Source of the DNA: Alphaproteobacteria bacterium
GTDB lineage: Bacteria > Pseudomonadota > Alphaproteobacteria > Rs-D84
Length of the DNA stretch: 32,000 nucleotides
Assembly (NCBI GenBank): GCA_009784275.1
Contig: WRCA01000003.1
Coordinates: 38,817 to 70,816, forward strand
Direction: 5' to 3'
A program made the position numbers and the translations under genes. Below the pieces are notes generated by a model. That model was not told where the DNA came from. It saw only the letters and a program-made list of their open reading frames with translations, and did not search any database. Positions 1 through 8,806 of the stretch are shown here, in pieces. Numbering within the stretch: position 1 is the first letter of the stretch; every line of letters starts with the position of its first letter.

Positions 1-1198
1 CTATCACCCCACCGTTTGTTAATTCTATCCTTGTAACCAACCTTGCAAATCCGGCGGTCGGCGTACCGATCAAAACCCCGCGTCTGTTTTCATATAATGC
101 CGCTGCCACACCCTCGGCCGCACCTTGGGTAGATCCCGATACCAGAATAATCATCGGCGCATCGGTGACGCTATCACCGCCAGGGATTACTTCAACTTCT
201 TCCCCATTGCCTTCATCGATACGCATTACAGGCACTTGCCCCAGAAATAGCCCAGCCAGCTTTGCCGCCGCGCGTTCGTCTCCGCCGCCAGCCGTGCGCA
301 GATCAAGAATAATTCCATTCGGGTTTTTATAGCTGGCCAGCGCTTGGTTTACAATCTCTACAGAATTTTCAGAAACATTGTTAATGATAATTTCAAGAAC
401 AAAAATTTCGCGTTTTTCATCCGGCACCTCGCGACGCGCAATTATATCCGCATCCGCCATAACGATCGTAGCACGACGCAGTGATAAATCCTTTGTGCCA
501 GATGGCGATGCTACCTTTAACTTCAAAGTGCCAGAGTTAAATCCCGCCAAGGCTGCCGCCAGTTCTGCATCGGACATCTGTGCAACATCCACGCCATTGA
601 TTCCTATAATCAGATCGCTGTCATTGATCCCGGCAACATCAGCTTGGCTGCCCTTGAATACACCAGTAACACGCCAGTACCCACGATTGTCTCGCTTGCC
701 TTGCAGCCCGGCACTGGTCAACACTCGACTGTCTTCAGCCCTGGATGCAACAAATCTGCCGCCTGCATCCAACGCGCTGGTCATTGCCGAAACAGACATC
801 GAATACAGAGTGCTCTGCGATTGACGCCGCAAGCCGGCATCAGCCTCTCGCATTTTCAGTAATAACGCAGTGGTAACTTGCCCAAAGCCTTGCCAGTCCC
901 TATCCACAGGCCGCGCCCAATTCCCAATTATCTGATCGCCCTTTACAATAACAATGCGATGATCCGTTGCGGCAATATGAAGCCCTTTACCCAAAGTTTC
1001 CAAAGATTCGATCGCAGCGCGAATATCTTTCCCGCCAAAGTTTGCAGAGTCCAGCTTTTCAAAAATTTCCGCGAAAGTATCCGATGCTTCAAGAACCTTT
1101 ATCCCATCAATAACAGGTGTTTCCTTGTCGAATAAATCGGCAGCAGGCAATGCGAAAGGCAGAAGACAAAAAGCAAAAATCAAAAATAATTTTTTCAT
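1..1198 (-). CDS. S41-family carboxy-terminal processing peptidase homologue with PDZ region (N-terminal ~399 aa; gene runs off the left edge)
   Basis: Absent from the ORF track because it is truncated. My reverse-strand translation from ATG 1198..1196 stays open to base 1. It reads MKKLFLIFAFCLLPFALPAADL (signal peptide), GINDSDLIIGINGVDV (PDZ-like), GIILDLRTAGGGDERAAAKLAGLF and PMIILVSGSTQGAAEGVAAALYENRRGVLIGTPTAGFARL (S41 core). A GAGGG SD lies 6 nt upstream, and the gene starts 25 nt downstream of secF. Confidence 0.8.
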   Translation of the reverse strand, partial: MKKLFLIFAFCLLPFALPAADLFDKETPVIDGIKVLEASDTFAEIFEKLDSANFGGKDIRAAIESLETLGKGLHIAATDHRIVIVKGDQIIGNWARPVDRDWQGFGQVTTALLLKMREADAGLRRQSQSTLYSMSVSAMTSALDAGGRFVASRAEDSRVLTSAGLQGKRDNRGYWRVTGVFKGSQADVAGINDSDLIIGINGVDVAQMSDAELAAALAGFNSGTLKLKVASPSGTKDLSLRRATIVMADADIIARREVPDEKREIFVLEIIINNVSENSVEIVNQALASYKNPNGIILDLRTAGGGDERAAAKLAGLFLGQVPVMRIDEGNGEEVEVIPGGDSVTDAPMIILVSGSTQGAAEGVAAALYENRRGVLIGTPTAGFARLVTRIELTNGGVI

Positions 1199-1223
1199 TC
1201 CCGACCCTCACAGCTATTGGTTC

Positions 1224-2084
1224 TTAATTCTCTTTTCTCAAGTTAAAATGATAAAGAATAACGTTGGAAATATAGACTGATGTAAGCGTACCCATGACTA
1301 CGGCGAACGCCATAGCGATAGAGAATTCACCCAAGACAGCTCCACCGAATAAATAAAGCCCCAGCATGCAAAGCAAGGTTGACGTGGATGTCAGAATCGT
1401 ACGCATCATCATTTCGTTGATGGACAAGTCTATTAAATCATCCTGTGGCATCTTGTGATATTTCTTTGCGTTTTCTTCAATACGATCATAGTTCACAACC
1501 TTGTCGTTAATAGAATACCCCAGTCCCATAAGAATAACTGCAATCGCGGTCTGATTAAACTCTAGCCCAGCGATACTGAAAAATCCAAACATCAAGACGA
1601 AGTCCAGAACCAGCGACACCAGCGATCCCACGGCATATCCGCCCTTGTATCGTATCCATATATAAATACTCATTAGAATAAACGCAAATAAGACTGCGAG
1701 TATTCCGCCACGAATCAGTTCCCCGCCAATCTTTGGTCCCACAATCTGGACATGGGAATAACTTACCTTGTCACCAAAAATATTCTTAATTTCGCTGACG
1801 ACAATATTCTGCTGATCTTCGGTCGCACCCTTTTCCAACCCGATGCGAACAAGAATATTGCCGCCGGATACAGATTGCAGTTCAGGTTTGAAGCCGGCCA
1901 AGTCATGACGCATCTTGTCGATGGTATATTCCGCGGACATAGGCGTTACTTCCATAGAAATTCCACCGGCGAAATCAATGCCATAATTAAGGCCCTTGGT
2001 TAAAAGCGCAACAACAGACAGCACAACCAACATACCGGAAATCCAGTATGAAAGTTTGCGATATTTCATAAAATGCAAAGTCAT
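1224..2084 (-). CDS. secF: protein translocase subunit SecF
   Basis: 286 aa multi-TM ORF with SecF-type motifs (GIDFAGG, GYSINDKVVNYDRIEEN). It lies immediately downstream of secD. An AAGGA SD sits 6 nt before ATG 2084. Confidence 0.93.
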   Translation of the reverse strand: MTLHFMKYRKLSYWISGMLVVLSVVALLTKGLNYGIDFAGGISMEVTPMSAEYTIDKMRHDLAGFKPELQSVSGGNILVRIGLEKGATEDQQNIVVSEIKNIFGDKVSYSHVQIVGPKIGGELIRGGILAVLFAFILMSIYIWIRYKGGYAVGSLVSLVLDFVLMFGFFSIAGLEFNQTAIAVILMGLGYSINDKVVNYDRIEENAKKYHKMPQDDLIDLSINEMMMRTILTSTSTLLCMLGLYLFGGAVLGEFSIAMAFAVVMGTLTSVYISNVILYHFNLRKEN

Positions 2085-2116
2085 TCGTTTTCCTTATCTT
2101 ATTTTTTTGCAAAAAA

Positions 2117-3676
2117 CTATTTGCTTCTGACAAATCCTATCTTTTTATTTTTCCCATTCATATATATATCTACCATCACGCGGGATAATGCAACACAGGT
2201 AAATAATGTAGTGATGACTCCGATGCTTAATGTTACCGCAAAGCCACGAATTGGTCCTGCGCCGAACTGGAACAAAACCAGCGAGCAAATCAATGTCGTA
2301 AGGTTTGCGTCAATAACGGTCTTAAACGCACGGTCAAATCCGGCATCTACTGCCCTTAATGTGCTGGAACCTCCGCGGATTTCGTCTCGTATTCGCTCGA
2401 ACTGCAGCACGTTCGCATCAACCGCCATCCCCAGGGTTAACGCAATACCAGCAATTCCAGGCAAGGTTAACGTCGCACCAAACAACGCCGTCACCCCGAC
2501 AATCATGGCAAGGTTAACTATCAATGCTACATTAGCAAAAACCCCGAACAAACCGTAAACCAACAGCATAAATACTATGACGAATAAAACAGCAATCGCG
2601 CTACCTAATTTTCCGGCTTGAATTGTATCCGCGCCAAGTCCGGCGCCAACAGTCCGTTCTTCTATCACGCGCAATGGCGCCGGCAAAGCACCCGAACGAA
2701 GAAGAACCGCCAAGTCTTTCGCGCCTTGTAAAGAAAATCCGCCGGAAATCTGTCCACGTCCGCCTGGGATGGGTTCACGTATGGTTGGCGCGGAAAGAAC
2801 CTTGCCGTCTAGAACGATTGCAAATCTTTCCCCGACATGTTCAGTGGTTAATCTCGCAAAACGCCGCGCGCCCTGGCTGTCAAACACAGTTGTCACCACA
2901 GGAATATTATTATTCCCAAAGTCCGCTTGGGAATCAGTAAGCGATTCACCCGAAACTTCCACATAAGTATAAACCGGGATCAGTTGAGCCGGATATTCCA
3001 TCAGCGGCAGGAACTCGGTGCCGCTGGGAGCGCGCCCGCTGGCAATCTGCTCTGCGCTGACGTTTTCATTCACAAGATGAAATGTCATCTTCGCAGTCTG
3101 ACCAATCAGTTCCTTTATGCGTTCCGGATTATCCACGCCAGGCAATTGCACCAGAATATATTTTCCGCCTTGCGATTGAATGCTGGGTTCTTTCGTCCCC
3201 AGCGCATCGATGCGTCGGCGAACAATTTCAATACTGCGGTTCAGCGCATCTCCGACCAGCTCTTCCTTTTGCTTGTCCGAATAAGAAAGAATCATGGTGT
3301 CACCTTTGACATCAATGTCAACGCCGCTGCCCAGCTCGGAACGCAGACGTCCTTTGGCCTTGGAAATGTCGCCCGAATCGCGAACAACGAAAGAAACCCT
3401 GCCGTCGACATTGCGCAAATCGGAAAAGCGAATCACGCCCTTGTCACGATTGATCAAAGCATTGCGCGCACCGTCATACAGCTGAATAGATTTTTCCCGA
3501 AACATAGTGTCGGTATCGACCTCCAGCAACAGCTGCGCGCCACCTTTAAGGTCCAGCCCCAAAGATATAGGTTGAATCCAAGACGGGAAATGCGATGCAG
3601 TATTCGGAAATATAGTTGGCACAGCCAGAATGACGCCGAAAACCGCGACCAAGATAATTGCTAATCTTTTAAACAT
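2117..3676 (-). CDS. secD: protein translocase subunit SecD
   Basis: ORF 2117..3697 (GTG). I prefer ATG 3676 (MFKRLAIILVAV...), which has an AAAGG SD and sits 11 nt after the yajC stop. SecD motifs are present: LGLDLKGG, IAGIALTLGMAVDANVLQFERIRDE. Confidence 0.93.
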   Translation of the reverse strand: MFKRLAIILVAVFGVILAVPTIFPNTASHFPSWIQPISLGLDLKGGAQLLLEVDTDTMFREKSIQLYDGARNALINRDKGVIRFSDLRNVDGRVSFVVRDSGDISKAKGRLRSELGSGVDIDVKGDTMILSYSDKQKEELVGDALNRSIEIVRRRIDALGTKEPSIQSQGGKYILVQLPGVDNPERIKELIGQTAKMTFHLVNENVSAEQIASGRAPSGTEFLPLMEYPAQLIPVYTYVEVSGESLTDSQADFGNNNIPVVTTVFDSQGARRFARLTTEHVGERFAIVLDGKVLSAPTIREPIPGGRGQISGGFSLQGAKDLAVLLRSGALPAPLRVIEERTVGAGLGADTIQAGKLGSAIAVLFVIVFMLLVYGLFGVFANVALIVNLAMIVGVTALFGATLTLPGIAGIALTLGMAVDANVLQFERIRDEIRGGSSTLRAVDAGFDRAFKTVIDANLTTLICSLVLFQFGAGPIRGFAVTLSIGVITTLFTCVALSRVMVDIYMNGKNKKIGFVRSK

Positions 3677-3687
3677 AAAAAAACCTT

Positions 3688-3999
3688 TTATTTGCACTCC
3701 ACGCTTGCGACGGTGCTTTTGCTAACTTCGATAACAACACCTTTGGCAACTTCTAAATCTATGGATTTTTCGTTGATTTTTTTAATAGTGCCATACATAC
3801 CAGCGGCCAGCACGCGACTGCCAACTTTCAGGCTATCCAGCATCTTTTGATATTCCGCCATGCGTTTTTTATTCGGACGAATCATAAAGAAATAAATGAT
3901 TGCGAAAATAATCACAACATAAATGATTAAACCCCAAGTATCATTCTTTGATGTGCTGGGAACCACGTTATTTACAACCTCAACAACTTCTGTATTCAT
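3688..3999 (-). CDS. yajC: preprotein translocase subunit YajC
   Basis: ORF 3688..4023 begins at a TTG. ATG 3999 has a strong AAGGAG SD 7 nt upstream. The protein has a single TM followed by a YajC core (FFMIRPNKKRMAEYQKMLDSLKVGSRVLAAGMYGTI). Confidence 0.9.
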   Translation of the reverse strand: MNTEVVEVVNNVVPSTSKNDTWGLIIYVVIIFAIIYFFMIRPNKKRMAEYQKMLDSLKVGSRVLAAGMYGTIKKINEKSIDLEVAKGVVIEVSKSTVASVECK

Positions 4000-4025
4000 A
4001 TGTTTTCTCCTTTGTTTGTGCAAAA

Positions 4026-4054
4026 AATATAGTAAAAAAATCCGTATAAGTAAA
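4026..4054 (-). promoter_or_regulatory. candidate sigma70-type promoter for yajC-secD-secF
   Basis: On the minus strand: TTTACT (4054..4049), a 17 nt spacer, then TATATT (4031..4026). It lies in the 75 nt gap between the mutL stop and the yajC start. The call rests on pattern match only. Confidence 0.3.
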
Positions 4055-4074
4055 GATGTTTATAGGGGCGAATA

Positions 4075-5739
4075 TTACCCTCGTTCGAACCACCCATCCA
4101 GCTCGCCCGATGGGATGATTTTATAGACAGGACGGCCATGGTTGCATTCGCCGCCACGCTCGGTATTCTCGATATCGCGCAACAAAGCATCCATCTGCAC
4201 CATATCTAATTTCTGCCCCGCCCTCACCGAATGATGACAGGCATAGTTTGCTAGTTTCAAGTGCAATTTCTCCGCAAATTGTACCGAATGCCCGTGTGCC
4301 AAAACCTCATCCGCAACAGCATTCATCAGCGCGCCCCAGTCCAGATCCCAATCGGCTGGTTTTTCCTGAATAGAAATCGTATCATCGCCAAATTGTTCAG
4401 CAATAATCCCACAATTTTTCAGTTCTTCAGCAATCTCCAGAGCAGCTATAACCTTTTCAGGTTTCATCTTGATAACAATGGGCAGCAGTAAAGGCTGGCG
4501 TTTTATCTCATGCCTACGTAGTTTTTCATAAATAATACGTTCGTGCGCTGCATGTTGATCAACGATGACAAGGCCTTGCTCGTTCTGCGCCACCACATAT
4601 TTATTCCCGATTTGCCCTATTGCTTTACCTAACGGCAGGTTAGCAACAGGGGTCGGGAAATCAGGGACCGGTTTATCATCCGGAATAAGTGCTTCATTCT
4701 CAAAATTCAATGTTTCATTTGCTCTATTGCGTACCGCCCAAAAATCAGTATCAAAATTGTTTGAAAAATTATTATCTATATTCTGTGCGCGCAACGGCGC
4801 AGCCAATACATCCCGCAAAGTCTTTATAATAAATCCTCGAACTCGCGCGGGCTCCAGAAAATGTACCTCGGTCTTCGCGGGGGAAACATTGACATCAACT
4901 TCTCGCGGGGACAGTTCCAGATACAGCGCGCACAGCGGAAATTCCCGCGCATGCATTACATCCATATAGGCCGCCCGCAAAGCGCCAACCAGAACCTTAT
5001 CCTTAACCGGACGTCCATTTACAAATAAATATTGATCTATCGATGATGCCCGCCGCAGTATCGGTTCGGAAATAAAACCTGTCAGCCGAAGCGCAGAATT
5101 CGTGCCGCATTCCACACCCAGCATTTTTTCATGAACCTCATCACCCATGACAGAAACAACGCGTTCCAGCAAAGACTGTCCCTTTGGAAATCGCCATTTA
5201 TTATTAAGTGCAAATCCTACATCCGGACGCGCCATCGCCAGGCGCTTTACAACCTCGACAACAGACATCATCTCTGCGCGATCGCCGCGTAAGAATTTCA
5301 ATCTCGCAGGCGTTTTTGCGAATAAGTTTTCAACCCGTACCCGTGTTCCTGAATCCCAAGAAGATGGTTTAATCTCTCCTGTTGTGCAATCCAGTTGCAT
5401 ACCATTCGTATCAATCGCCATCTCACTAACAGATGCAATTGACGGCAAAGCTTCGCCGCGAAATCCCATAAAGTTAATATTCAACAAATCATCGCTGGGC
5501 AGCTTGCTGGTGGCATGCCGCATCACGCTCTTTGCCAAATCCTCACGCGACATCCCCTTGCCGTTGTCGATTATAGAAATCAGTGTCCGCCCGCCATCAG
5601 CAACATCTATTACAATCTGATCGGCGCCGGCATCCAGCGCATTTTCAACCAGCTCTTTCACCACAGACGCAGGCCTTTCAACCACCTCGCCCGCAGCGAT
5701 TTGGTTTATTAAAGAATCAGGCAAAACTCTGACTGTCAT
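4075..5739 (-). CDS. mutL: DNA mismatch repair endonuclease MutL
   Basis: 554 aa. N-terminal GHKL ATPase motifs are present (AAGEVVERPASVVKELVENALDAGA, DNGKGM). C-terminal DQHAAHERIIYE endonuclease-type motif, ACHHSVRAGQKL and CNHGRPV are also present. Its ATG overlaps the greA stop in an ATGA (5739..5736). Confidence 0.95.
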   Translation of the reverse strand: MTVRVLPDSLINQIAAGEVVERPASVVKELVENALDAGADQIVIDVADGGRTLISIIDNGKGMSREDLAKSVMRHATSKLPSDDLLNINFMGFRGEALPSIASVSEMAIDTNGMQLDCTTGEIKPSSWDSGTRVRVENLFAKTPARLKFLRGDRAEMMSVVEVVKRLAMARPDVGFALNNKWRFPKGQSLLERVVSVMGDEVHEKMLGVECGTNSALRLTGFISEPILRRASSIDQYLFVNGRPVKDKVLVGALRAAYMDVMHAREFPLCALYLELSPREVDVNVSPAKTEVHFLEPARVRGFIIKTLRDVLAAPLRAQNIDNNFSNNFDTDFWAVRNRANETLNFENEALIPDDKPVPDFPTPVANLPLGKAIGQIGNKYVVAQNEQGLVIVDQHAAHERIIYEKLRRHEIKRQPLLLPIVIKMKPEKVIAALEIAEELKNCGIIAEQFGDDTISIQEKPADWDLDWGALMNAVADEVLAHGHSVQFAEKLHLKLANYACHHSVRAGQKLDMVQMDALLRDIENTERGGECNHGRPVYKIIPSGELDGWFERG

Positions 5740-6203
5740 TTGAATTTAACTTCTAAAATCTCGTATTCTTTTTCTCCGCCTGGCGTACGAACAATACAAA
5801 CATCACCAACGCATTTGCCCATCAGCGCGCGCCCAACAGGACTGGTGCAAGCAATTACCATCTTGCCATCAGCCTCGGTCTCGGACAATATCCTACATTG
5901 CATCTGAATGCCATCTTGGTCTTCGGCCACAACTGTTGCACCGAACATAACACGATCCCCCGACAGAGAATCGATATCCACCACTTGCGAATCACGAATG
6001 GTGTCTTCCAAGAATCTGATTCGCCGATCTATGATTCTTTGTTTTTCTTTTGCACCGGAATAGTCGGCATTTTCGCTCAAATCGCCCAGCGACCGCGCCC
6101 ATTGTATGGTCTTTATAATATCTGGCCGATCGATTTCTTTCAATCGCTTAAGCTCTACCTGCAAAGCATCGAATCCAGCTTTTGATATGGGCTTTTTTTC
6201 CAT
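5736..6203 (-). CDS. greA: transcription elongation factor GreA
   Basis: 155 aa of typical GreA sequence (GDLSENADYSGAKEKQRIIDRRIRFLE; C-terminal GEKEYEILEV). A GAGGAAAA SD lies upstream of ATG 6203. Confidence 0.95.
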   Translation of the reverse strand: MEKKPISKAGFDALQVELKRLKEIDRPDIIKTIQWARSLGDLSENADYSGAKEKQRIIDRRIRFLEDTIRDSQVVDIDSLSGDRVMFGATVVAEDQDGIQMQCRILSETEADGKMVIACTSPVGRALMGKCVGDVCIVRTPGGEKEYEILEVKFK

Positions 6204-6237
6204 AGATTTTCCTCGTTCCTGGCATTATAATAGAGAA

Positions 6238-7308
6238 ATGTTGAATTTAAAGCCAAAAATTTTGACGATGTTCCTGGCGCGGCGATTTTTATCGGGCGTG
6301 GCCCTGGTATTGCTGATAATTTCAGGCATAATCTTTGCGATAACCTTTGTAGAAAGGCTTCCCGGTCAAGAATCCGCGTGGGATGCGATGAATATATCTT
6401 CTATTTACTTGTTAGAATATATCCCAATTTTTCTGCCACTTGTTATATTTATGGGAACACTGCTGACGGCATATAATCTAACTAGATCATCCGAATCGGT
6501 AATAATATCCGGCGCGGGATTGTCGCCTTGGCAGAAAATGAAGCCTTTTCTTATAACTTCGTTCCTTTTGGGGGTATTTGCAACTTGCGTGATGAATCCT
6601 TATTCGGTTAAGAAGAGCAACGCGAATATCGGGATAAACAGCTTTTCGCTGGCCGATAACGCAATCTGGCTGCGCGAGACAGGTGAAAATGGATCATTTA
6701 TAATACGCGCCGAAGGGGTGTCCCAGCCGAAAAGCGATGAATTAGAATTCTCCAAAGTATCAGTGTTCGTACAAGATAAAAATTCCAAATTTCAAGAACG
6801 TATCGAAGCCAAAACTATGACCCTAAATGATGCGGGGTTCTCAACCAAATCGGCAACGATTTTCGGTGCAGATGGAATGCCACTGAAAACCCAAAATTGG
6901 GCAAGAACGGCAAAAACTACACCGGCAAATTTCCTTGAAAGAAATCTGCTGCCTAACCAAGTCTCGTTCTGGGAACTGCCGAACAAGATTAATAATATGC
7001 GTAAAATGGGATTGCCGATACGCGGGCATCTGATTCAGTTCTGGACACTGCTGTTCCTGCCTTTGACGCTGATCGCGATGACAACGTTGGGCACCGCTTT
7101 CTCCCAAACGCGGGAGCGCCGTAACTTCTCATTCGGAATAAAATTCAGCATAGGAATCCTGGTCTGTTTTGCGCTGTATTTTGTTATGAATGTATTCGGG
7201 GCATTGGGTGCCAGCGGGGCGTTGCCGACAATAATCGCAATCCTTGCGCCGCCATTAATAATCACGGCATTTTCTGCCATGTGGATAGTATCATTCGAGG
7301 CGATATAA
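6238..7308 (+). CDS. LptF/LptG-family LPS export ABC transporter permease
   Basis: ORF 6106..7308. The first 44 codons overlap greA, so I prefer ATG 6238 (MLNLKPKILTMFLARRFLSGVALVLL...). The product is 356 aa with N-terminal TMs, a central periplasmic beta-rich region and C-terminal TMs, as in LptF/LptG. I cannot distinguish F from G by eye. Confidence 0.85.
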   Translation: MLNLKPKILTMFLARRFLSGVALVLLIISGIIFAITFVERLPGQESAWDAMNISSIYLLEYIPIFLPLVIFMGTLLTAYNLTRSSESVIISGAGLSPWQKMKPFLITSFLLGVFATCVMNPYSVKKSNANIGINSFSLADNAIWLRETGENGSFIIRAEGVSQPKSDELEFSKVSVFVQDKNSKFQERIEAKTMTLNDAGFSTKSATIFGADGMPLKTQNWARTAKTTPANFLERNLLPNQVSFWELPNKINNMRKMGLPIRGHLIQFWTLLFLPLTLIAMTTLGTAFSQTRERRNFSFGIKFSIGILVCFALYFVMNVFGALGASGALPTIIAILAPPLIITAFSAMWIVSFEAI

Positions 7309-7432
7309 TGAGGCAAAGAAATCAAAAAAATAAATTTATTAAATTCCTGTGGATAGGCCTGGCCGTGGCGTTGGGGGTTTTGATGCTTATTTCGTTCTCG
7401 CCCACCAGACATGTTACAGAAGTCGTGCTGCA

Positions 7433-8275
7433 ATGAATCATATAGACATTTTTTTAGAGATGTTATCGGCGGAAAAAGGACGCGGTGCAAAGACACTGGA
7501 AGCATACGGCCGCGACTTGCGCATGACCATGGAAGCGGTTGGCGATTTGGGATCAGCAACGACATCGCAGCTGCAAAATTATCTGGCGGGATTGAATGAA
7601 AAACCGGCGAGCATCGCAAGAAAAACCAGCGCTTTGCGCCAGTTTTATAAGTTTTTGAACTTGGAAAAAATAATCTCTGAAAACCCTGCCCTGGGCTTGG
7701 AATTACCGAAAAGACAGAAAAAATTACCGAAATTTTTAACCACGGAAGAGATAGAGTTGTTGATATCGAACGCGGGCGATGTCCGGAATTCCTTGCGTCT
7801 GCGGGCTATGCTGGAATTGCTGTACGCATCGGGTTTGCGGGTATCGGAATTATGCGAATTGCCGCGTTCCGCAATATTGGGCGATAAGTTATTAATACAT
7901 GGTAAAGGCGCGAAAGAACGCATCGTGCCAATGCACACTGGTGCACAGATCGCATTGGAAAAATGGCTGGAAAATTGCCCCGCTTCTAAATATGTATTCC
8001 CCAGCAGTGGCAAAAGCGGCCATATAACGCGCGATGGATTCTTTAAAATCCTGAAGAAATGCGCGGTTTTATCGGGAATTTCGCCAGAAAGGATCAGCCC
8101 GCACGTGCTGCGTCATTCGTTTGCGTCACACTTGTTGGCGGGCGGAGCAAACCTGCGCGCGATACAAATGATGCTGGGGCACGAAGACATCTCTACCACG
8201 CAAATTTATACGCATGTAATGCCAGAAAAGCTGAAAAATGCGGTATATGAACATCATCCATTGGCCAAGAAATGA
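7433..8275 (+). CDS. xerD: site-specific tyrosine recombinase XerD
   Basis: ORF 7349..8275 starts at a GTG. ATG 7433 (MNHIDIFLEMLSAEKGRGAKTLEAYGRDL) matches the usual Xer N-terminus. Catalytic region: ELLYASGLRVSELCEL, HVLRHSFASHLLAGGANLRAIQMMLGHEDISTTQIYTHV. Confidence 0.85.
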   Translation: MNHIDIFLEMLSAEKGRGAKTLEAYGRDLRMTMEAVGDLGSATTSQLQNYLAGLNEKPASIARKTSALRQFYKFLNLEKIISENPALGLELPKRQKKLPKFLTTEEIELLISNAGDVRNSLRLRAMLELLYASGLRVSELCELPRSAILGDKLLIHGKGAKERIVPMHTGAQIALEKWLENCPASKYVFPSSGKSGHITRDGFFKILKKCAVLSGISPERISPHVLRHSFASHLLAGGANLRAIQMMLGHEDISTTQIYTHVMPEKLKNAVYEHHPLAKK

Positions 8276-8781
8276 TAAAGAAATGCGATTTTAAAGGTTG
8301 TGATAAAGCGGGCGTATGTCGTGCCCCTAAATCGCGCGACTTGAAAGAGTATTACTATTTTTGTAAAGAACACGCGGCGGAATATAATAAGAATTGGAAT
8401 TATTACGCCGGCATGACAACGGATGAAATAGAGGAAGACTGGGAACGTGAAACCTTTGGAATCAGCGATAAAGAGCGTGCCGCGCGGGACAAAGCCAATG
8501 CGGAATATGTTACATTTCTGGAGAATTTTCTGACCGGGCGTGATAGTTTTGATCGCGGGGCATCCCAGCGCAAGCCGTCAGTTGCATCAAGAACAGTATC
8601 ATCGGCGTTTGCGGTATTGGACCTGGCGCCGACGGCAACCTGGCGAGAGGTTCAGTCGAAATACAGGGCCCTGGCGAAGAAGTTCCATCCGGACACGGCA
8701 AAGAATAAAAAGTCCGCGGCGGCGGAATTCACCCGCATTTCCACAGCATACGGGGAATTGAAGAAGTTTTTTAAGAAATAA
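8272..8781 (+). CDS. J-domain (DnaJ-like) protein with N-terminal Cys-containing conserved region
   Basis: 169 aa. The C-terminal J domain carries HPD (AFAVLDLAPTATWREVQSKYRALAKKFHPDTAKNK). The N-terminus (CDFKGCDKAGVCRAPKSRDLKEYYYFCKEHAAEYNKNWNYY) matches a small J-protein family I recall as widespread in Alphaproteobacteria. Its ATG overlaps the xerD stop (ATGA at 8272..8275). Confidence 0.85.
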   Translation: MIKKCDFKGCDKAGVCRAPKSRDLKEYYYFCKEHAAEYNKNWNYYAGMTTDEIEEDWERETFGISDKERAARDKANAEYVTFLENFLTGRDSFDRGASQRKPSVASRTVSSAFAVLDLAPTATWREVQSKYRALAKKFHPDTAKNKKSAAAEFTRISTAYGELKKFFKK

Positions 8782-8806
8782 AAACCGCCGTTTCCGGCGG
8801 TTTTTA
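8781..8806. terminator. bidirectional rho-independent terminator between convergent genes
   Basis: AAAACCGCCG-TTTC-CGGCGGTTTTTATT. The 7 bp GC-rich stem (8784..8790 / 8795..8801) is flanked by an A-run on one side and a T-run on the other. It lies exactly between the stop of the J-domain gene (8781) and the stop of the convergent giant gene (8807). Confidence 0.7.

Noticed and set aside
2927-3664. 245 aa plus-strand ORF and several shorter ones antisense to secD
   Set aside because: The composition is Arg/Gln/Asn-rich and non-protein-like. The ORF lies entirely inside the strongly supported secD reading frame on the opposite strand.
7309-7432. 124 nt intergenic region with AATAAATTTATT palindrome and a G/C-rich stretch, checked for tRNA/sRNA
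   Set aside because: I could not fold a cloverleaf or convincing stem-loop by eye. The palindrome is pure AT and could arise by chance at this base composition.
7433-8275. Tyrosine recombinase as a possible integrase of a mobile element or shufflon (Rci-like)
   Set aside because: The sequence and length fit housekeeping XerD. It is coupled by ATGA to a conserved J-domain gene and lies 19 kb from the pilin-like genes. I saw no flanking direct or inverted repeats, att-like sites or tRNA.
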